The position numbers were made by a program, and so were the translations under genes. This document shows positions 48,192 to 58,600 of a DNA stretch of 64,000 nucleotides, piece after piece (the stretch's first letter is position 1; each line of letters opens with the position of its first letter). Source of the DNA: Acidobacteriota bacterium. GTDB taxonomy: Bacteria > Acidobacteriota > Polarisedimenticolia > Polarisedimenticolales > JBBIHH01. Under the pieces are notes generated by a model that ran no database searches, was not told where the DNA came from, and was given only the letters and a program-made list of their open reading frames with translations. The DNA lies in contig JBBIHH010000008.1 of NCBI GenBank assembly GCA_037447115.1, positions 34,225-98,224 of the forward strand. The letters are read 5' to 3'.

Positions 48192-48824
48192 TTAGAGCCA
48201 CGAAGCGAACTTCTGGCGCCAGCTCTCGGGCAAGGCCTCGAGCTCCGAGGCGGCGCGAAGCAACGCCCGGTCGCGGCACGCGCCGGTTCTGAGCGCGAAG
48301 ATCGTCGCGACGCTGAGACGCGACGGATGGCGGCCGACGATCTCCACCGGATCCCCCGCTTCGATCCACCCTTCCCGGCTCACCGCGAGGTAGAACCCTG
48401 GGCGCCCGCTTTGCAGGAAACGCCGCTCCATGTCGTCGCGGGCGAAACGGATGCCCAGCTTGTAGCAGGGCATGCGCGGGTGCGTGACGACGAACTCGGC
48501 GGTGCCCAGGCGCAGGCGGTCCCCGATACACACCGAGGCCTCGTCGAGACCTTCCACGGTCAAGTTTTCGCCGAACGCCCCGGCAGAAAGCGCGCCCGTT
48601 CCGAGCTCCCGTTCCCAGTACCGGTAATGCTCCAGCGGGTAGGCGCAGGCGGCCCTGTGCCTGCCGCCGTGCACGCTCGGATCCCCCGGCGCATCGCCTT
48701 CGAGGCGAGTCCGGTGCACCCGAACTCGCCCGGGGACGGCTTGCTTGAAGATCGCCGTGCGCACGAGCCTGCCCCGCCAGTGAACCTCCCGGGGCAGACC
48801 CGCGTTGACGGAAACAAGCCGCAT
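48192..48824 (-). CDS. MOSC domain protein (YiiM-like, with 3-alpha domain)
   Basis: TAIFK, HGG, GAFGENLT, IGD, PRMPCYKL, GFYL.V..EG. Confidence 0.93.
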   Translation of the reverse strand: MRLVSVNAGLPREVHWRGRLVRTAIFKQAVPGRVRVHRTRLEGDAPGDPSVHGGRHRAACAYPLEHYRYWERELGTGALSAGAFGENLTVEGLDEASVCIGDRLRLGTAEFVVTHPRMPCYKLGIRFARDDMERRFLQSGRPGFYLAVSREGWIEAGDPVEIVGRHPSRLSVATIFALRTGACRDRALLRAASELEALPESWRQKFASWL

Positions 48825-48948
48825 CGGAGCCCGCGTACTCCCGCCCCTCGCCAGCGAGGCCCGCGCAACGGGGCCATGATGCACCAGGAAGCGCCGCAGC
48901 CGCCGCGACCGCGCCGGCCAGGACCCACGCGGGGCACAGCCCGGGCCG

Positions 48949-50148
48949 TCAGGGTCGGCTGGGCACGATTCGAGTCTCCGAAAAGAACGTAAAACGAGCG
49001 GGCTCGGCTGCTCCGGGGCCGAGCGGGTGCTCGTAGTCGAGCTTGAGCGTCACGGTGGCCGGGCGCGCTTTCGGCACGGGAAACAGGAAGACTTCGCGGC
49101 GCAGCTCGTCGGGCCGCAGGCGCGTGTCCTCGACCTGGCGGCTGCCCGGCCGGAAGTAATCGGCCACAGCCACGATCTCGTGGCCCTCGGCGTCCAGGAA
49201 CCGTTTCCCGTAGACCTTGCGCTCCGTGTATGCTGGGCCCTCGAACACGTGCAGGACCACCTCCAGGATGACCCGCCGGCCCGGCATGCCCGTAGGCACG
49301 GCATGGCCGGCGCCCTTGTTCTCGATCTCCACGGTCAGCCGCAACGTTTCCTCCTCGCGCTCCGGATGGATGCCCACGCGCAGCGCCTTGTGCAGCATCG
49401 CCAGCGAGTGCCCGCCGGTCATGGCGTGGGTGTTGACGAGCGCGCGCGGGTCCCGTTGGATGCGGGGATCGACGACGTTGCCTTCTACCTCGGGCATGTG
49501 GCACGCCTGGCAAGTCACGCCCGAGGCGGCGGCCTCGCTCTGTCGCCACTCGGTGTAGGTCGTGAGCACGGGTATGCCGGCGTCGTTGGCGTACTCGTGG
49601 CACGGCGCGCAGACCAGGGACTGCATGTGCAGCTCCGAGTACGCGACGTCGTGCGCCGTGGATTCGGCATCGCGAACGGGCCCGCGCTTGACCGTGCCCA
49701 TCGTCACCTCGTAGCGGAACCGTGAATCCTCCGCCGCGACCGACCGCATGGTGTGGCAGAAATCGCACGTGACCCCTTCCCAGGTCACCTTGCGGGAGAG
49801 GGTGGGATCGCCGCCGTGACGAGCCAAAGGCGCATGGCATTCGAGGCAGACCCGGGCCAGGGCCGGGTCCTGGACTTCCAGAGTGCGGAAGCTCTCGAGG
49901 AAGGCAGGCGCTTCCATGGAGCGCGCGTGGGCGGATTGTCTCCACGCCGCGTAGATGTCCCTGTGGCACTCCCCGCAGGTATCGCTGCGCACGAAGCTAT
50001 CCGCGGGAATCCGGCCGATCGGCGCCGACGAAGAAGACGCGGCGAGCGACAGCATGCTCGTGCAAGCGAGGGCCGCAGCCACGAGACCGGTCTGCCGGCG
50101 AAGCGTCTGCGACGCGAATGCCCGCCGGCGGATCGTGCGCGTGTCCAT
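48949..50148 (-). CDS. Exported pentaheme c-type cytochrome (c554/c-552-like N-terminus)
   Basis: Five CxxCH motifs (CGECH, CLECH, CDFCH, CAPCH, CQACH); AGHAVPTG; signal peptide. Confidence 0.9.
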   Translation of the reverse strand: MDTRTIRRRAFASQTLRRQTGLVAAALACTSMLSLAASSSSAPIGRIPADSFVRSDTCGECHRDIYAAWRQSAHARSMEAPAFLESFRTLEVQDPALARVCLECHAPLARHGGDPTLSRKVTWEGVTCDFCHTMRSVAAEDSRFRYEVTMGTVKRGPVRDAESTAHDVAYSELHMQSLVCAPCHEYANDAGIPVLTTYTEWRQSEAAASGVTCQACHMPEVEGNVVDPRIQRDPRALVNTHAMTGGHSLAMLHKALRVGIHPEREEETLRLTVEIENKGAGHAVPTGMPGRRVILEVVLHVFEGPAYTERKVYGKRFLDAEGHEIVAVADYFRPGSRQVEDTRLRPDELRREVFLFPVPKARPATVTLKLDYEHPLGPGAAEPARFTFFSETRIVPSRP

Positions 50149-50423
50149 CGTTGGCACCCTGGCCCGGAGCGCCGAGACGCATCGGAGCTTACCGCGGAAC
50201 TCGGCCGATTCGGCTCTGCCTTCGGGACAGACGGAGTCCCCTGACGCGCGGCGCCCGTACCCGGGGGCAACGCTTTTGGCGGGCCGATGCGGGCGGCGGG
50301 CACGATTCGGCAGCGGCGCCCTACCATCATCGGCGATCCTGCGCGAAGATACCGACGCAGCCCCGGAAGGCCGGCGGTTTCGCTGGAGATTCTGGAGCTC
50401 CCCGGGGCGCAGGAGGACCGATC

Positions 50424-51209
50424 ATGGCACGCACGCCGAAGAAGTTTTTCCCGTGGCTCAGCGCCGCCGCGGCCATGGCACTGGCCGCGCTGCCGGCCGC
50501 GGGAGAGCAAACGCGCCTGGCCGTTCGCGTCCTGAGCGAGGACGCGAAGTTCGTGGGGACCTCCATGGGGGGTGCCCAGGTGCTGATCCACGATGCGGAC
50601 ACCGGGGAGCTGCTGGCCGAGGGTACGACGAGCGGCGGCACCGGAGACACCCGGCGAATCGTGCTCGAGCCGCGGCGCCGGGGCGAGCCCCTGTCCACAC
50701 CGGAAGCCGCTGGCTTCTACGCCACGCTCGAGCTCGAGCGGCCGCGCCGCGTGCGCATCACGGCGCGCGGACCCCTCGCCCAGCCGCAGGCGATCCAGGA
50801 GGTGAGCCGCACGCAGTGGGTTTTCCCGGGCCGGCACCTCGATCAGGGGGACGCGATTCTGCTCGTCCTCGCCGGGTTCGTGGTGGACATCCTGGAGCCT
50901 CCGGCGCACGTGCGTCTCGGCCCGCCGCCGCAGGAGGTTCCGCTGCGGATCAACCTCACGATGATGTGAGGCTGCCCCGCGGAGCCCGGAGGGCTCTGGG
51001 ACTCGACGCGCTGGCAGATCGAAGCGGTGGTGTTCCTGAACGGCGAGCAGCTCGCCGCGATCCCGCTCGACTACGCCGGCTCTCCGTCGCAGTTCGCAGC
51101 GACGGTCCGGGTCGAGCGGCCGGGTGTGTACGAGGTGCAGGTGTGGGCGAGCGACGCCCGCACCGGCAACACGGGGATGGATCGCACGACGTTCATCGTC
51201 GGACCGTGA
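50424..51209 (+). CDS. Exported selenoprotein candidate with MM-U-GCP (UxC) motif, 261 aa by UGA readthrough
   Basis: AGGAGG RBS; signal peptide; ATG ATG TGA GGC TGC CCC at 50961-50978; frame continues GCPAEPGGLWD..TGNTGMDRTTFIVGP into ORF 51027-51209. Confidence 0.82.
50980..50998 (+). promoter_or_regulatory. Candidate bacterial SECIS hairpin
   Basis: CGGAGCCC-GGA-GGGCUCUG; G-starting loop 18 nt after the UGA. Confidence 0.65.
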
Positions 51210-51386
51210 TCCGACCGGTCTCGCGGCCTTCCCCCGGTCCGCTTCGCGGACGAGGCCCCCGCACCCGGCGCACTCCGGACCGTCCCCGCAGGGAGGCCGG
51301 GGCGGCTTTCGCCCGCGCAGCCCCCACAGGCCCCCGAGCGCCAGGAGCAGACCGAGCGCCGCCACGGCGAGCAGGTGGATGATCAT
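51210..51386 (-). other. Small Cys-rich membrane peptide gene after rnfA with no nearby stop codon
   Basis: ATGA-coupled to rnfA; MIIHLLAVAALGLLLALGGLWGL..CGDGPECAGC; frame stays open to 49785. Confidence 0.45.
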
Positions 51387-51970
51387 TCGACGACCCCGTG
51401 AAAAAGGCCGGCGAAGCCCATGAAGGCCAGCGACAGGATGCCCGCGACGAAAAAGCTCAGGGCCGTGCCCCGCACGAGCCGCGGCACGGGGGCGAGCGCC
51501 GCCTCCTCCCGCAGGCTCGCCATCAAAACGAGGGCGAGCAGCAGCCCGACCCCCGCGCCCAGCGCGTAGATCACGCTTGCCAAAAGGCCGTAGCCGCGGT
51601 TGGTGGCGAACAGGGCGAGCCCGAGGATGGCGCAGTTCGTCGTGATCAGCGGCAGGTAGATGCCCAGCGCGCGGAACAGTGCCGGGCTCGTCTTGCGGAT
51701 CAGCATCTCCACGAACTGCACCGTGCTGGCGATGACCAGGATGAAGCTGATCAGCCTCAGGTACGGTACCCAAGGCAGCACGAACCGCTCGAGCAACCAG
51801 GCGGCGCCCGCGGTGATCGTCATGACGAAGATGTTGGCCAGCCCGAGGCGCAACGCGGTCGCCAGTCGTCCGGTCACGCCGAAGAAGGGGCAGAGGCCGA
51901 GAAAGTAGGTGAGGGTGAAGTTGTTGATCAGGCAAGCGGAAGCGAAGATCCAGATCAGCTCGCCCCTCAC
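51383..51970 (-). CDS. rnfA: Rnf electron transport complex subunit A
   Basis: INNF.L..FLGLCPF, LVIASTVQFVEM, GIYLPLITTNCAILG. Confidence 0.95.
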   Translation of the reverse strand: MRGELIWIFASACLINNFTLTYFLGLCPFFGVTGRLATALRLGLANIFVMTITAGAAWLLERFVLPWVPYLRLISFILVIASTVQFVEMLIRKTSPALFRALGIYLPLITTNCAILGLALFATNRGYGLLASVIYALGAGVGLLLALVLMASLREEAALAPVPRLVRGTALSFFVAGILSLAFMGFAGLFHGVVE

Positions 51971-52641
51971 GGTGCGCCTCCCCCGGAGCGCGCGGCCGCA
52001 GCCACGCGTGCCTGCTCGGCGCGGCGGCGCTGCTCGGCGCGCTCGCGCAGCCAGGCGAAGACGGTCAAGAGAAGCCCGAGCGCGAAGAACCCGCCCGGGG
52101 GCAGGATCATCACCGCCCACGGCTCGTAAGCCGCAGGCAAGACGCGCAAGCCCAGCACACGGCCGTTTCCGAGCAGCTCCCGCACCGCGCCGATCATGCA
52201 AAGGCTCAGAGCGAAACCTCCCGCCATGCCCGCCGCATCCGCCAGCGCCAGGACCGGCCTGTTCTTGGAGGCGAACGCTTCCTGGCGTCCCAGGATCAGG
52301 CAGTTGACCACGATGAGCGCGATGAACGCCCCGAGCTCCCTGTGGGCCACAGGCATCCAGGCGGCGAGGGCGAAGTCCACGGCCGTCACCAGCGTGGCGA
52401 TCACGACGATGTAGACCGAGATCCGCACCTGCCGCGGCACCACGTGACGCAAGGCGGAGACCACGAGGCTCGCCCCGATGAGCACGAACGCTGTCGCCCC
52501 GCTCATCACGAGCGCGTTGCGCAGGGAGGCGGTCACGGCCAGCGCGGGGCAAAGACCCAGGACCGCGATGAAGACGGGGTTCTCTCGCCACCAACCCTTG
52601 GCGAACTCCCGCCACGCGCTCTCACGCACCGGTCCGCTCAC
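51967..52641 (-). CDS. rnfE: Rnf electron transport complex subunit E
   Basis: ENPVF..LGLCPALAVT, LIVVNCLILGR.EAFASKN, VRELLG.G, LPPGGF. Confidence 0.95.
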   Translation of the reverse strand: MSGPVRESAWREFAKGWWRENPVFIAVLGLCPALAVTASLRNALVMSGATAFVLIGASLVVSALRHVVPRQVRISVYIVVIATLVTAVDFALAAWMPVAHRELGAFIALIVVNCLILGRQEAFASKNRPVLALADAAGMAGGFALSLCMIGAVRELLGNGRVLGLRVLPAAYEPWAVMILPPGGFFALGLLLTVFAWLRERAEQRRRAEQARVAAAARSGGGAP

Positions 52642-53272
52642 GCATCCGCTCCGCCGCGCGCTCCAGGCGCGGAAGCCAGGCTTCGAGGCTCCGGTTCAGG
52701 ATCGCCACCACCGCTTCCGAAGAGATCGTCGCCCCCGTGATGCAGTCCACCTCGTGGGGGCGGCGTTTTTCGCCGCGGCGCACGGCAACGACCTCCGGCT
52801 CCACCTCGAGGGCCCCGAAGTTGGCGAGAAAGTCCGGATCGTAGGCGATCTTGTCGCCGAGGCCGGGAGTCTCGCGGCTCTCCAGGACCTCCAGGCCGAT
52901 GACGAGGCGGCGCTGGGGATCGAAGCCGTAGACCAGGCGGATGGTGTCCTGAAAACCCGGGCCCTCGGCGGGGATCGCCACCCCGACCAGGGTGCCGTCC
53001 GGCCCGTAGCCCGCGAAGAGCGCCCCAGGAGGCGGGGGCACGTCGCGCGGCCCTTCGTAGCGCACCGGCTCGCCTTCCTTGAACAGCCAGGCCTCGATGC
53101 GCTCGGCTCCGGGAAGGACGCGCTGGGCTGCGGCGAAAAGCGCCCGCGCCCGGTTGCGCTGGATGGAAGGATCCGTCGCGAGGTAGACCCCCACGAGCAG
53201 CGCCCCGGCGAGCCAACCCGCCCCGCCGAGCGTGAGGATCAAGCGCCAAGGTCCCGGCTCGCGCTCCCGCAC
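52622..53272 (-). CDS. rnfG: Rnf electron transport complex subunit G
   Basis: N-terminal TM; GPGFQD.I, ETPGLG, FMN-Thr motif DCITGATISS; GGAGG RBS before GTG. Confidence 0.93.
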   Translation of the reverse strand: MREREPGPWRLILTLGGAGWLAGALLVGVYLATDPSIQRNRARALFAAAQRVLPGAERIEAWLFKEGEPVRYEGPRDVPPPPGALFAGYGPDGTLVGVAIPAEGPGFQDTIRLVYGFDPQRRLVIGLEVLESRETPGLGDKIAYDPDFLANFGALEVEPEVVAVRRGEKRRPHEVDCITGATISSEAVVAILNRSLEAWLPRLERAAERMRERTGA

Positions 53273-53273
53273 G

Positions 53274-54269
53274 TCAGCCTCCGTAGGGGCGCGGTTGGCT
53301 GTAGCGGTTGATGAGCGGTGTCGCCGCATTCATCAACAGGATCGCGTACATCACGCCCTCGGGAAGGCCGCCCCAGACGCGGATGAGCACGACGAGCACC
53401 GCCACGCCGGAGCCGAAGATCCAGGCCCCGAGGGGCGTCAGCGGCGTGGTCACCGGATCGGTCACCATGTAGACAGCTCCGAAGAGCAACCCGCCCGAAA
53501 GCACCGTGAAGGCCGGCGGAGGGCACTGCTCGGGCAGGACCGCGTGGAGCACGCCGCTCAGCAGCGCCACGCCCAGGATCGTGGAAACGCAGAGCCGCCA
53601 GTCGAACACCCGGCGCAACGCGAGGACCAGCCCGCAGACTACGAGCACGACGGCCGAGGTTTCGCCGAGCGATCCGGCGGTGTTGCCGAACCAGAGCGCT
53701 TCGAGTTCCGTCGGCTGGCCGGCGAACTTGGCGAGCCCGAGGGGTGTGGCGCTCGTGGTCACGTCCACGTCCGCGCGCATGAAGGGCCAGGCGAACGTGC
53801 TCGCCGGCACGGACCAGAGGTCGCGCCCGGGAGGTGTCCATGTCGTCAGCGCTTCGGGAAAGGCCGCCTGCAGGAAGGCGCGCCCCACGAGTGCGGGGTT
53901 GAACAAATTCTGCCCCAACCCGCCCCAGATCGTCTTGCCCAGGCCGATGGCCACCACCCCACCGAGAAAAGCCATCCACAGCGGGAGCGCAGGGGGCAGG
54001 GTCAGGGCGAGCAACACGCCCGTGAGCAGCGCGCTCCCGTCGCGCAGCGTTCCCAGGCCCCGCCGCGAGGCGCCGAAAAACCATTCCGTGAGCACGGCCC
54101 CGGCGCTCGACGCGAGCACGACGAGCAGCGCCGCCACGCCGAAGAAGTAGACCGCCGCGCCGACGACCGGCACGAGGGATGCCAGCACCTCGTACATCAA
54201 GCGCCGGGTGCTCAGGCCACGGTGGAGAAACGGAGCCGCTCTCAGCTCGAGCCGCGGCGCCTCGCTCAT
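53274..54269 (-). CDS. rnfD: Rnf electron transport complex subunit D
   Basis: DGSALLTG, GGLGQNLFNPALVGR, FMN-Thr motif TSATPL, GSLGETS, MVTDPVTTP, PEGVMYAILLMN. Confidence 0.95.
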   Translation of the reverse strand: MSEAPRLELRAAPFLHRGLSTRRLMYEVLASLVPVVGAAVYFFGVAALLVVLASSAGAVLTEWFFGASRRGLGTLRDGSALLTGVLLALTLPPALPLWMAFLGGVVAIGLGKTIWGGLGQNLFNPALVGRAFLQAAFPEALTTWTPPGRDLWSVPASTFAWPFMRADVDVTTSATPLGLAKFAGQPTELEALWFGNTAGSLGETSAVVLVVCGLVLALRRVFDWRLCVSTILGVALLSGVLHAVLPEQCPPPAFTVLSGGLLFGAVYMVTDPVTTPLTPLGAWIFGSGVAVLVVLIRVWGGLPEGVMYAILLMNAATPLINRYSQPRPYGG

Positions 54270-55615
54270 GCGACCTGCCTCGTGCGGCGGGCCTGGCGCA
54301 CGAGTGCCTTGCCCACGCGGATGAGCTGCACGAGAGGGATGTGCGAGGGGCAGACATAGGCGCAGCTCCCGCACTCGAAACAGTCGAGCGCGTGCAGGCG
54401 CTCGAGGGCCTCCACGTCTTGCTGCCGCGCCAGCGCGGCGAGGCGCGAAGGGTTCAGGATCATGGGGCAGGCTTCCAGGCAGCGGCCGCAGCGGATGCAG
54501 GGATCCTCTTCGACGAAGCCCAGGGGGCGGCTGAAGGCGAGCACGCCCGAGGTGCCCTTGACGATGGGCGCCTCGAGCGTTTTCTGCGCCTGCCCCATCA
54601 TCGGTCCTCCGAGAATCACCTGACGCGCCTCCTCCCGCAGGCCGCCGCAGTGCTCGACCACGTCCGCCAGCGGGGTGCCGATAGGGACGAGCAGGTTCGC
54701 CGCGCGGCGCAGCCCATCGCCCGCCGCGGTGACCACCCGCTCGATGAGCGGCTGGCCGCGATCGAACAGATCCGCCAAGGCAGCCGCAGTCGCCACGTTC
54801 TGCACGAGGATTTCCAGGTCCAGGGGAAGCTTGCCGCTCGGGACTTCTCGATGGAAGATCGTCTCGATAAGCATGCGTTCCGCCCCCTGCGGGTACTTGA
54901 CGCGCAAGGAGACCACCTCCACCCGCGGGTCGTCCCGGGCCTCCGCTTGCAAAGCCTCGATCGCGTCCGGCTTGTCCGCCTCGATCCCGATATAACCGCG
55001 CTCGCAACCCGTCACTTGCATCAGGATCCTCAGGCCGCGCACGACGGCGTCGCGCCGTTCCACCATCAGGCGGTGATCGCAGGTGAGATAGGGTTCGCAC
55101 TCGCAGCCGTTGAGCACGACGAAGCGCACGCGCTTGCCCTCGGGCACGTCGAGTTTCACGTGGGTCGGAAAGGCCGCGCCGCCGAGCCCGACGAGCCCGC
55201 CGAGCTGGATGCGGCGCAGGATCTCCTCGCGCGGCAGCCACCGCGGGTCCGCAGGCCGGATGTGAGCGGCCCGCTGGGGATCGAAGGGATCGGCGCGGAT
55301 CACGACGGCGAGCTGGCGCGTACCGGTGGGATGCGGTCGCGGTTCGACGGCCTCCACCACCCCCGTCACGGGCGCATGCACGGCCACCGACAGGTAGCCA
55401 TGGGGGCGGCCCACGATCTGGCCGCGATGCACGCGCTCGCCGCGGCGCACGACGGGCACGGCCGGCGCACCCGTGTGCTGGGACATGGGTACGACATAAC
55501 GCTCCACGAACGGCATGCGCTCGATGGGCAGCCGGTTCGTGGCTTCCTTGGATGCTTCCGGGTGTACCCCGTGGCGGAAGCTGGGGCCGCCCCACAGGAC
55601 CCAGGGACCGATCAT
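54266..55615 (-). CDS. rnfC: Rnf electron transport complex subunit C
   Basis: QHTGAPA, GLGGAAFPTHVK, NGCECEPYLTCD, KYPQGAE, GGPMMG, CIRCGRCLEACP, CFECGSCAYVCP. Confidence 0.96.
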   Translation of the reverse strand: MIGPWVLWGGPSFRHGVHPEASKEATNRLPIERMPFVERYVVPMSQHTGAPAVPVVRRGERVHRGQIVGRPHGYLSVAVHAPVTGVVEAVEPRPHPTGTRQLAVVIRADPFDPQRAAHIRPADPRWLPREEILRRIQLGGLVGLGGAAFPTHVKLDVPEGKRVRFVVLNGCECEPYLTCDHRLMVERRDAVVRGLRILMQVTGCERGYIGIEADKPDAIEALQAEARDDPRVEVVSLRVKYPQGAERMLIETIFHREVPSGKLPLDLEILVQNVATAAALADLFDRGQPLIERVVTAAGDGLRRAANLLVPIGTPLADVVEHCGGLREEARQVILGGPMMGQAQKTLEAPIVKGTSGVLAFSRPLGFVEEDPCIRCGRCLEACPMILNPSRLAALARQQDVEALERLHALDCFECGSCAYVCPSHIPLVQLIRVGKALVRQARRTRQVA

Positions 55616-58600
55616 CGTTGCGTCCCCCGCGTCCCGGGCGGGATGGCACGGCGCGCCAGCTCCAGCAGCCGCTCCCGCAGGCGCTGCACGTGGCGCGTCT
55701 GCTCCTGCGCCAGCTGCGCCGCCAGCTTGGCCTCGTATTCCCGGCGCAAGGCCTCGAGTTCTCCCTCGTGGCGTGCCCGCAGCTCCTGCGCGACTTGGCG
55801 CCGCACCGCAGCGGTGAACGGCGTGACCGAACCCGCCCACTCCTGGAGCAGCTGCCAGCGAGCCAGGCGCTCGCGCACGGCTTGCGAGAGAAAACCCCCG
55901 AGCGCGAGGCGGTCCCCACTCGGGCCGGATGGGGGCACTGGGACCTCTCCTCGCGCACCGGGGGAGCTCGAGAGCCACTCGGCGAACGAAGGCGAGCCCT
56001 GCGCGGCCGGCGTCTGGAAGGCATCCGCGTAGCGCGCCTCGCCGGCCGCCCAGTGGACGGGCGTGACGGGTTCGCCGTCTTCGCGCAACGACCACAGCTG
56101 TTCGGGCGCCGGGTTGCCTTCCAGGGAAAGGCGCTTGCCGAAGACGCCTTCGCGGCGCGGATCGTAGGTGAACAGCGGATGCACGCGCGCCTCCACGGCA
56201 AGCCGCGCGCGTTCGACGGTGTCCGCCGGCGCGAAGCCGTGGGCCCGCGGCCGCGGCGCGTAGACCTGGACCAGGGCGGGCCCGTCGAAGCGCAGCGCCT
56301 CGCTCAGCGCCCGGAAGGCATGGTTCGGATGGGCGATCGAGGTGGCCGCCACGAAGGCTCGGCGCAGCGCCAGTGCCGTCAGGACAGGATCGGTGTCGCG
56401 CGCCAGATCGAGGCCGTCGAGAAGCAAAAGTTTCACGGGAAGATCCGATCGAAGCAGCCGCGCGAAGCTCGACAGCGCCTGCTCGCTCAGCTCCGCCGCG
56501 TCCGCCACGACGACGACGAGCGGGCAGGCGGCGCGCTCCTCGGCGTCGAGATCGGACCAAGCCAGTTGGCGCAGAGCCCGCTCGCGCGCGGCGAGATCCG
56601 CCGGAATCTCGCACCAGAGCGAAGCCCGGCGAAAGAGGCGCGCCTCGCGTAGGTAGGCCTCGGTCCAGGCATGCGCCAGACCGAGGGCAAGGTCGCATGC
56701 CTGCGCCGCATCGGCGGCCACGACGGGAACGCCGAAGGGATTCGCCGGAAAGCGCAAAGCCCAGCGCGCCACCTCGTCCCCGGCCACGACCAGCCCGAAG
56801 GGCGCGCGGCCGACCCCCGCGGCGCCTTGCCGGATCGCCCGGAGCTGCCGCTCCGCGGCGCGGGCGAGCCCGACCCACCGTCTCAGGCGTGTCGTGTCCA
56901 CCGCCGCCGCCACGCCCTCGGCCTCCACCCTCGCGATCAAGGACCCGAGGCTGGAGCCGGGACCTTCCGCGAGGGCCTCGTGCAGGCGCTCCAAGTCCTC
57001 CACCGGAAGGGCGTGTTCCAGCGTGTCGCGGATGGCGCGCCGCAGGCGCTCCACCAGCGCTTCCAGCCTGGCCGCGCGGGCGACCAGGGCGCGGCGGCGC
57101 TCGTATTCCGCCACCGCGACGAGATGGCGCAGGGCCAGGCGGTCGCCCGAGCCCGCTTCGGCGGCGCCGCCTCCCGGAAGGGCGAGCGCGCAGGTCCGCG
57201 AGAGCATGAGGGCGGAGAGACCGTCGAGCCGCTCTTGCTCCATCGCGGCGGAGATCGTCGCGTCCGATGTCTCCGGAAGCGACTGCCAGAGCCTCCAGGC
57301 CCTGCGCGCACGTCTCCGGCCCTCGGGCGTCGCGTCTTCCAGGGCGATCGCCTTCTCGGGACAGACGGCGGCGCAGATGCCGCATGCTTGGCAGTGGCCC
57401 TCGTCGAGGGCGAAGGCGATCCACTCGCCGCTGCCGCGGGCGGCTCTGCGAGGCTCGTGGAAAAACGCCTCGCTCGCCACGAGCGTCAGATCGCGAAGCT
57501 TTTCGATGGCCGCCTCGCCCAGCTCGCGCATGCGCGCGCGAGCCGCGTCGTCCGCACCGACTCGCTCCGCCACCCACGCCAGCGCTTGCCGCGCGGCCTC
57601 CGCGTTCCATGCCCTCTCGCCTGCCTTGCCGAGCGTGCCGTCGAGGCGTTGTGCCCAGGGCTGGAGCGCCCGCCCGAGTTGGCCCACGGCGGGGTCGTCC
57701 TGCAATCCTCCTGCGCTCACGACCTCGTCCAACGCCGCGCGCAGCAGGGCGTCGGTCTTGGCTGCCGAGGCCACGATCGCGCTATCGGGGCACGCAACCC
57801 AGCACGCACCGCACGCCGTACAGCGTTGGGCGTTCAGCGCGGGCAGCTGGTCCAACGGGGCCGGCCGCGCTGCGAGCGCGGCGCTGAGCGCAGGCACTGC
57901 AGGTAGCGCGAGGAACGGATCGGGCGCGCGTTCCACCCGTTCGCCTTCCTGCCGGGGCTCCTCCCGTTCGCCCCAGAAACGCGCGAGGCTGTCGTAGGTG
58001 CGGGCGGTAGAGGCGAGCCGGCGCACGGGAGCGGGTGGCGGGCTGGGCTCGAAAGAATCGGCCGGCGGCGGCTGCGCTGGGGCAGGGATGTCCGCGAACG
58101 CTTCCGGTCCCTGGCGAAGCCAGCGCGCGACCGCTGCGAGGGGCGTGTCTCCGGTGGTCTTCCACTTACCCAGCCCCGGAGCGTGCGCCACGAGGCGCCC
58201 GGGGCCTTCGGCACCGCACAGCACGACCGCGCCAGCCGCCGCGAGTTCCTCCAACCGCCGCCCGAGCAGCCGTGCCGTGCCGGGCTCGAGACAGACCGCT
58301 TCGGGCGGCACGTCCTCGCCGGGGTGCGCGAGGGGCTTTGCCGCCCCCACTTGGCACAGCCACCACAGGCCCGGCTCGATTTCCACCACCCGACCGTGCA
58401 GGAACGGACCCACAGCGTCTTCCACGAGGCGCGCAAGCTCGGCCGCCACCGACTCGGGCGGTCCCGGATGCCGAAGGGCAACGGCCACGGCGCGCGCACC
58501 CTCGGGCAGCTTCGGCACATCCCTTCCGGCGAGGACGGCACGCTCCCAATCCGGACGCAGGCGCGCCGTTTCCTGGAGCAGCACCTGGCGTTTGGGAAAG

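Noticed and set aside
48900..48951. Possible readthrough of the pentaheme cytochrome TGA
   Set aside because: Not at a Cys motif, and the downstream frame shows no domain-like continuation
45666..51209. Genome-wide UGA reassignment (Trp/Gly) or simple pseudogenes as the explanation for the in-frame TGAs
   Set aside because: Many conserved genes (rtcB, archease, rnf genes) end at TGA at their expected C-termini, and the three TGAs fall at Cys-motif positions in otherwise intact frames
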